Positions 63,640 to 64,000 of a DNA stretch of 64,000 nucleotides are shown one piece after another. The stretch comes from the human T2T-CHM13v2.0 reference genome, Homo sapiens, in assembly GCF_009914755.1 (NCBI RefSeq), contig NC_060925.1; one strand, 5' to 3'. Position 1 is the stretch's first letter. Each line of letters starts with the position of its first letter. The notes under the pieces were generated by a model. It was not told the origin of the DNA and ran no database searches. It was given only the letters and a program-made list of their open reading frames with translations. The position numbers were made by a program, and so were the translations under genes.

Positions 63640-64000
63640 TGGATTGACAAATGTCCAAATATGATTCAGTGGAGAAGGCATTCTCTTGTCAACAAATTGT
63701 GTAGAAACAACTGGACATGCATATTCCCAAAGGAAAAAAATTCACCTGAACCTCAATACTGACTCAAAAACTAACTCAAAAAGGATTATGCAACTAAATA
63801 TAAACTATAAAACTAGAAAAAGTATAGCAGAAAATGTAAGACAAAATCTTCATGACACAGAGTTAGGCAAGGTGTTCTTTGTTTTCAATAAACACAAACC
63901 ATTAAAGAAAACATTGATAACTTCAACTTTATAAAAATTAAAAGTTTTTGCTCAACACAAGACAGTAATAAGAGAACAAATATAAGCTGCAGATTGGGAG
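63640..64000 (+). mobile_element. Old L1M ORF2 3' fragment
   Basis: attcagtggagaagg..tcttgtcaacaaattgtg..aactataaaactagaaaa..aaaatcttcatgac. Confidence 0.7.

Overview
This is primate (human or great-ape type) nuclear DNA that reads as a pericentromeric segmental-duplication mosaic. No intact protein-coding gene is present. It has four blocks. (1) 1-10620 is old repeat-rich DNA (L1M, MaLR/THE1, MER21-group LTR, Alu, a purine tract). (2) About 10620-13280 is a 2.7-kb island of satellite II (HSATII/HSat2). (3) About 13300-46000 is a 5'-truncated, intron-containing copy of the 3' part of PDE4DIP (myomegalin) on the + strand. It has 17 recognisable exons, from the NBPF/Olduvai(DUF1220)-homologous module to the CM2 motif, 3'UTR and AATAAA. 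It is disabled by nonsense codons, frameshifts and broken splice sites, and carries a full-length antisense L1PA2-type element (17-bp TSD) whose ORF1/ORF2 are dead but whose antisense ORF0 is intact. (4) 46500-64000 holds nested L1M/LTR12/L1PA elements, an apparent rearrangement junction near 55560, and a segment with degenerate tRNA-Gln and tRNA-Asn genes. The two most interesting signals are a possible L1-antisense-promoter ORF0::myomegalin C-terminus fusion whose splice phases match, and a 193-bp ~94% non-Alu inverted repeat that brackets a single in-frame exon. Comparisons to PDE4DIP and repeat consensus sequences are from memory, not from a database search. Chromosome 1 pericentromere/1q21 provenance is an inference.
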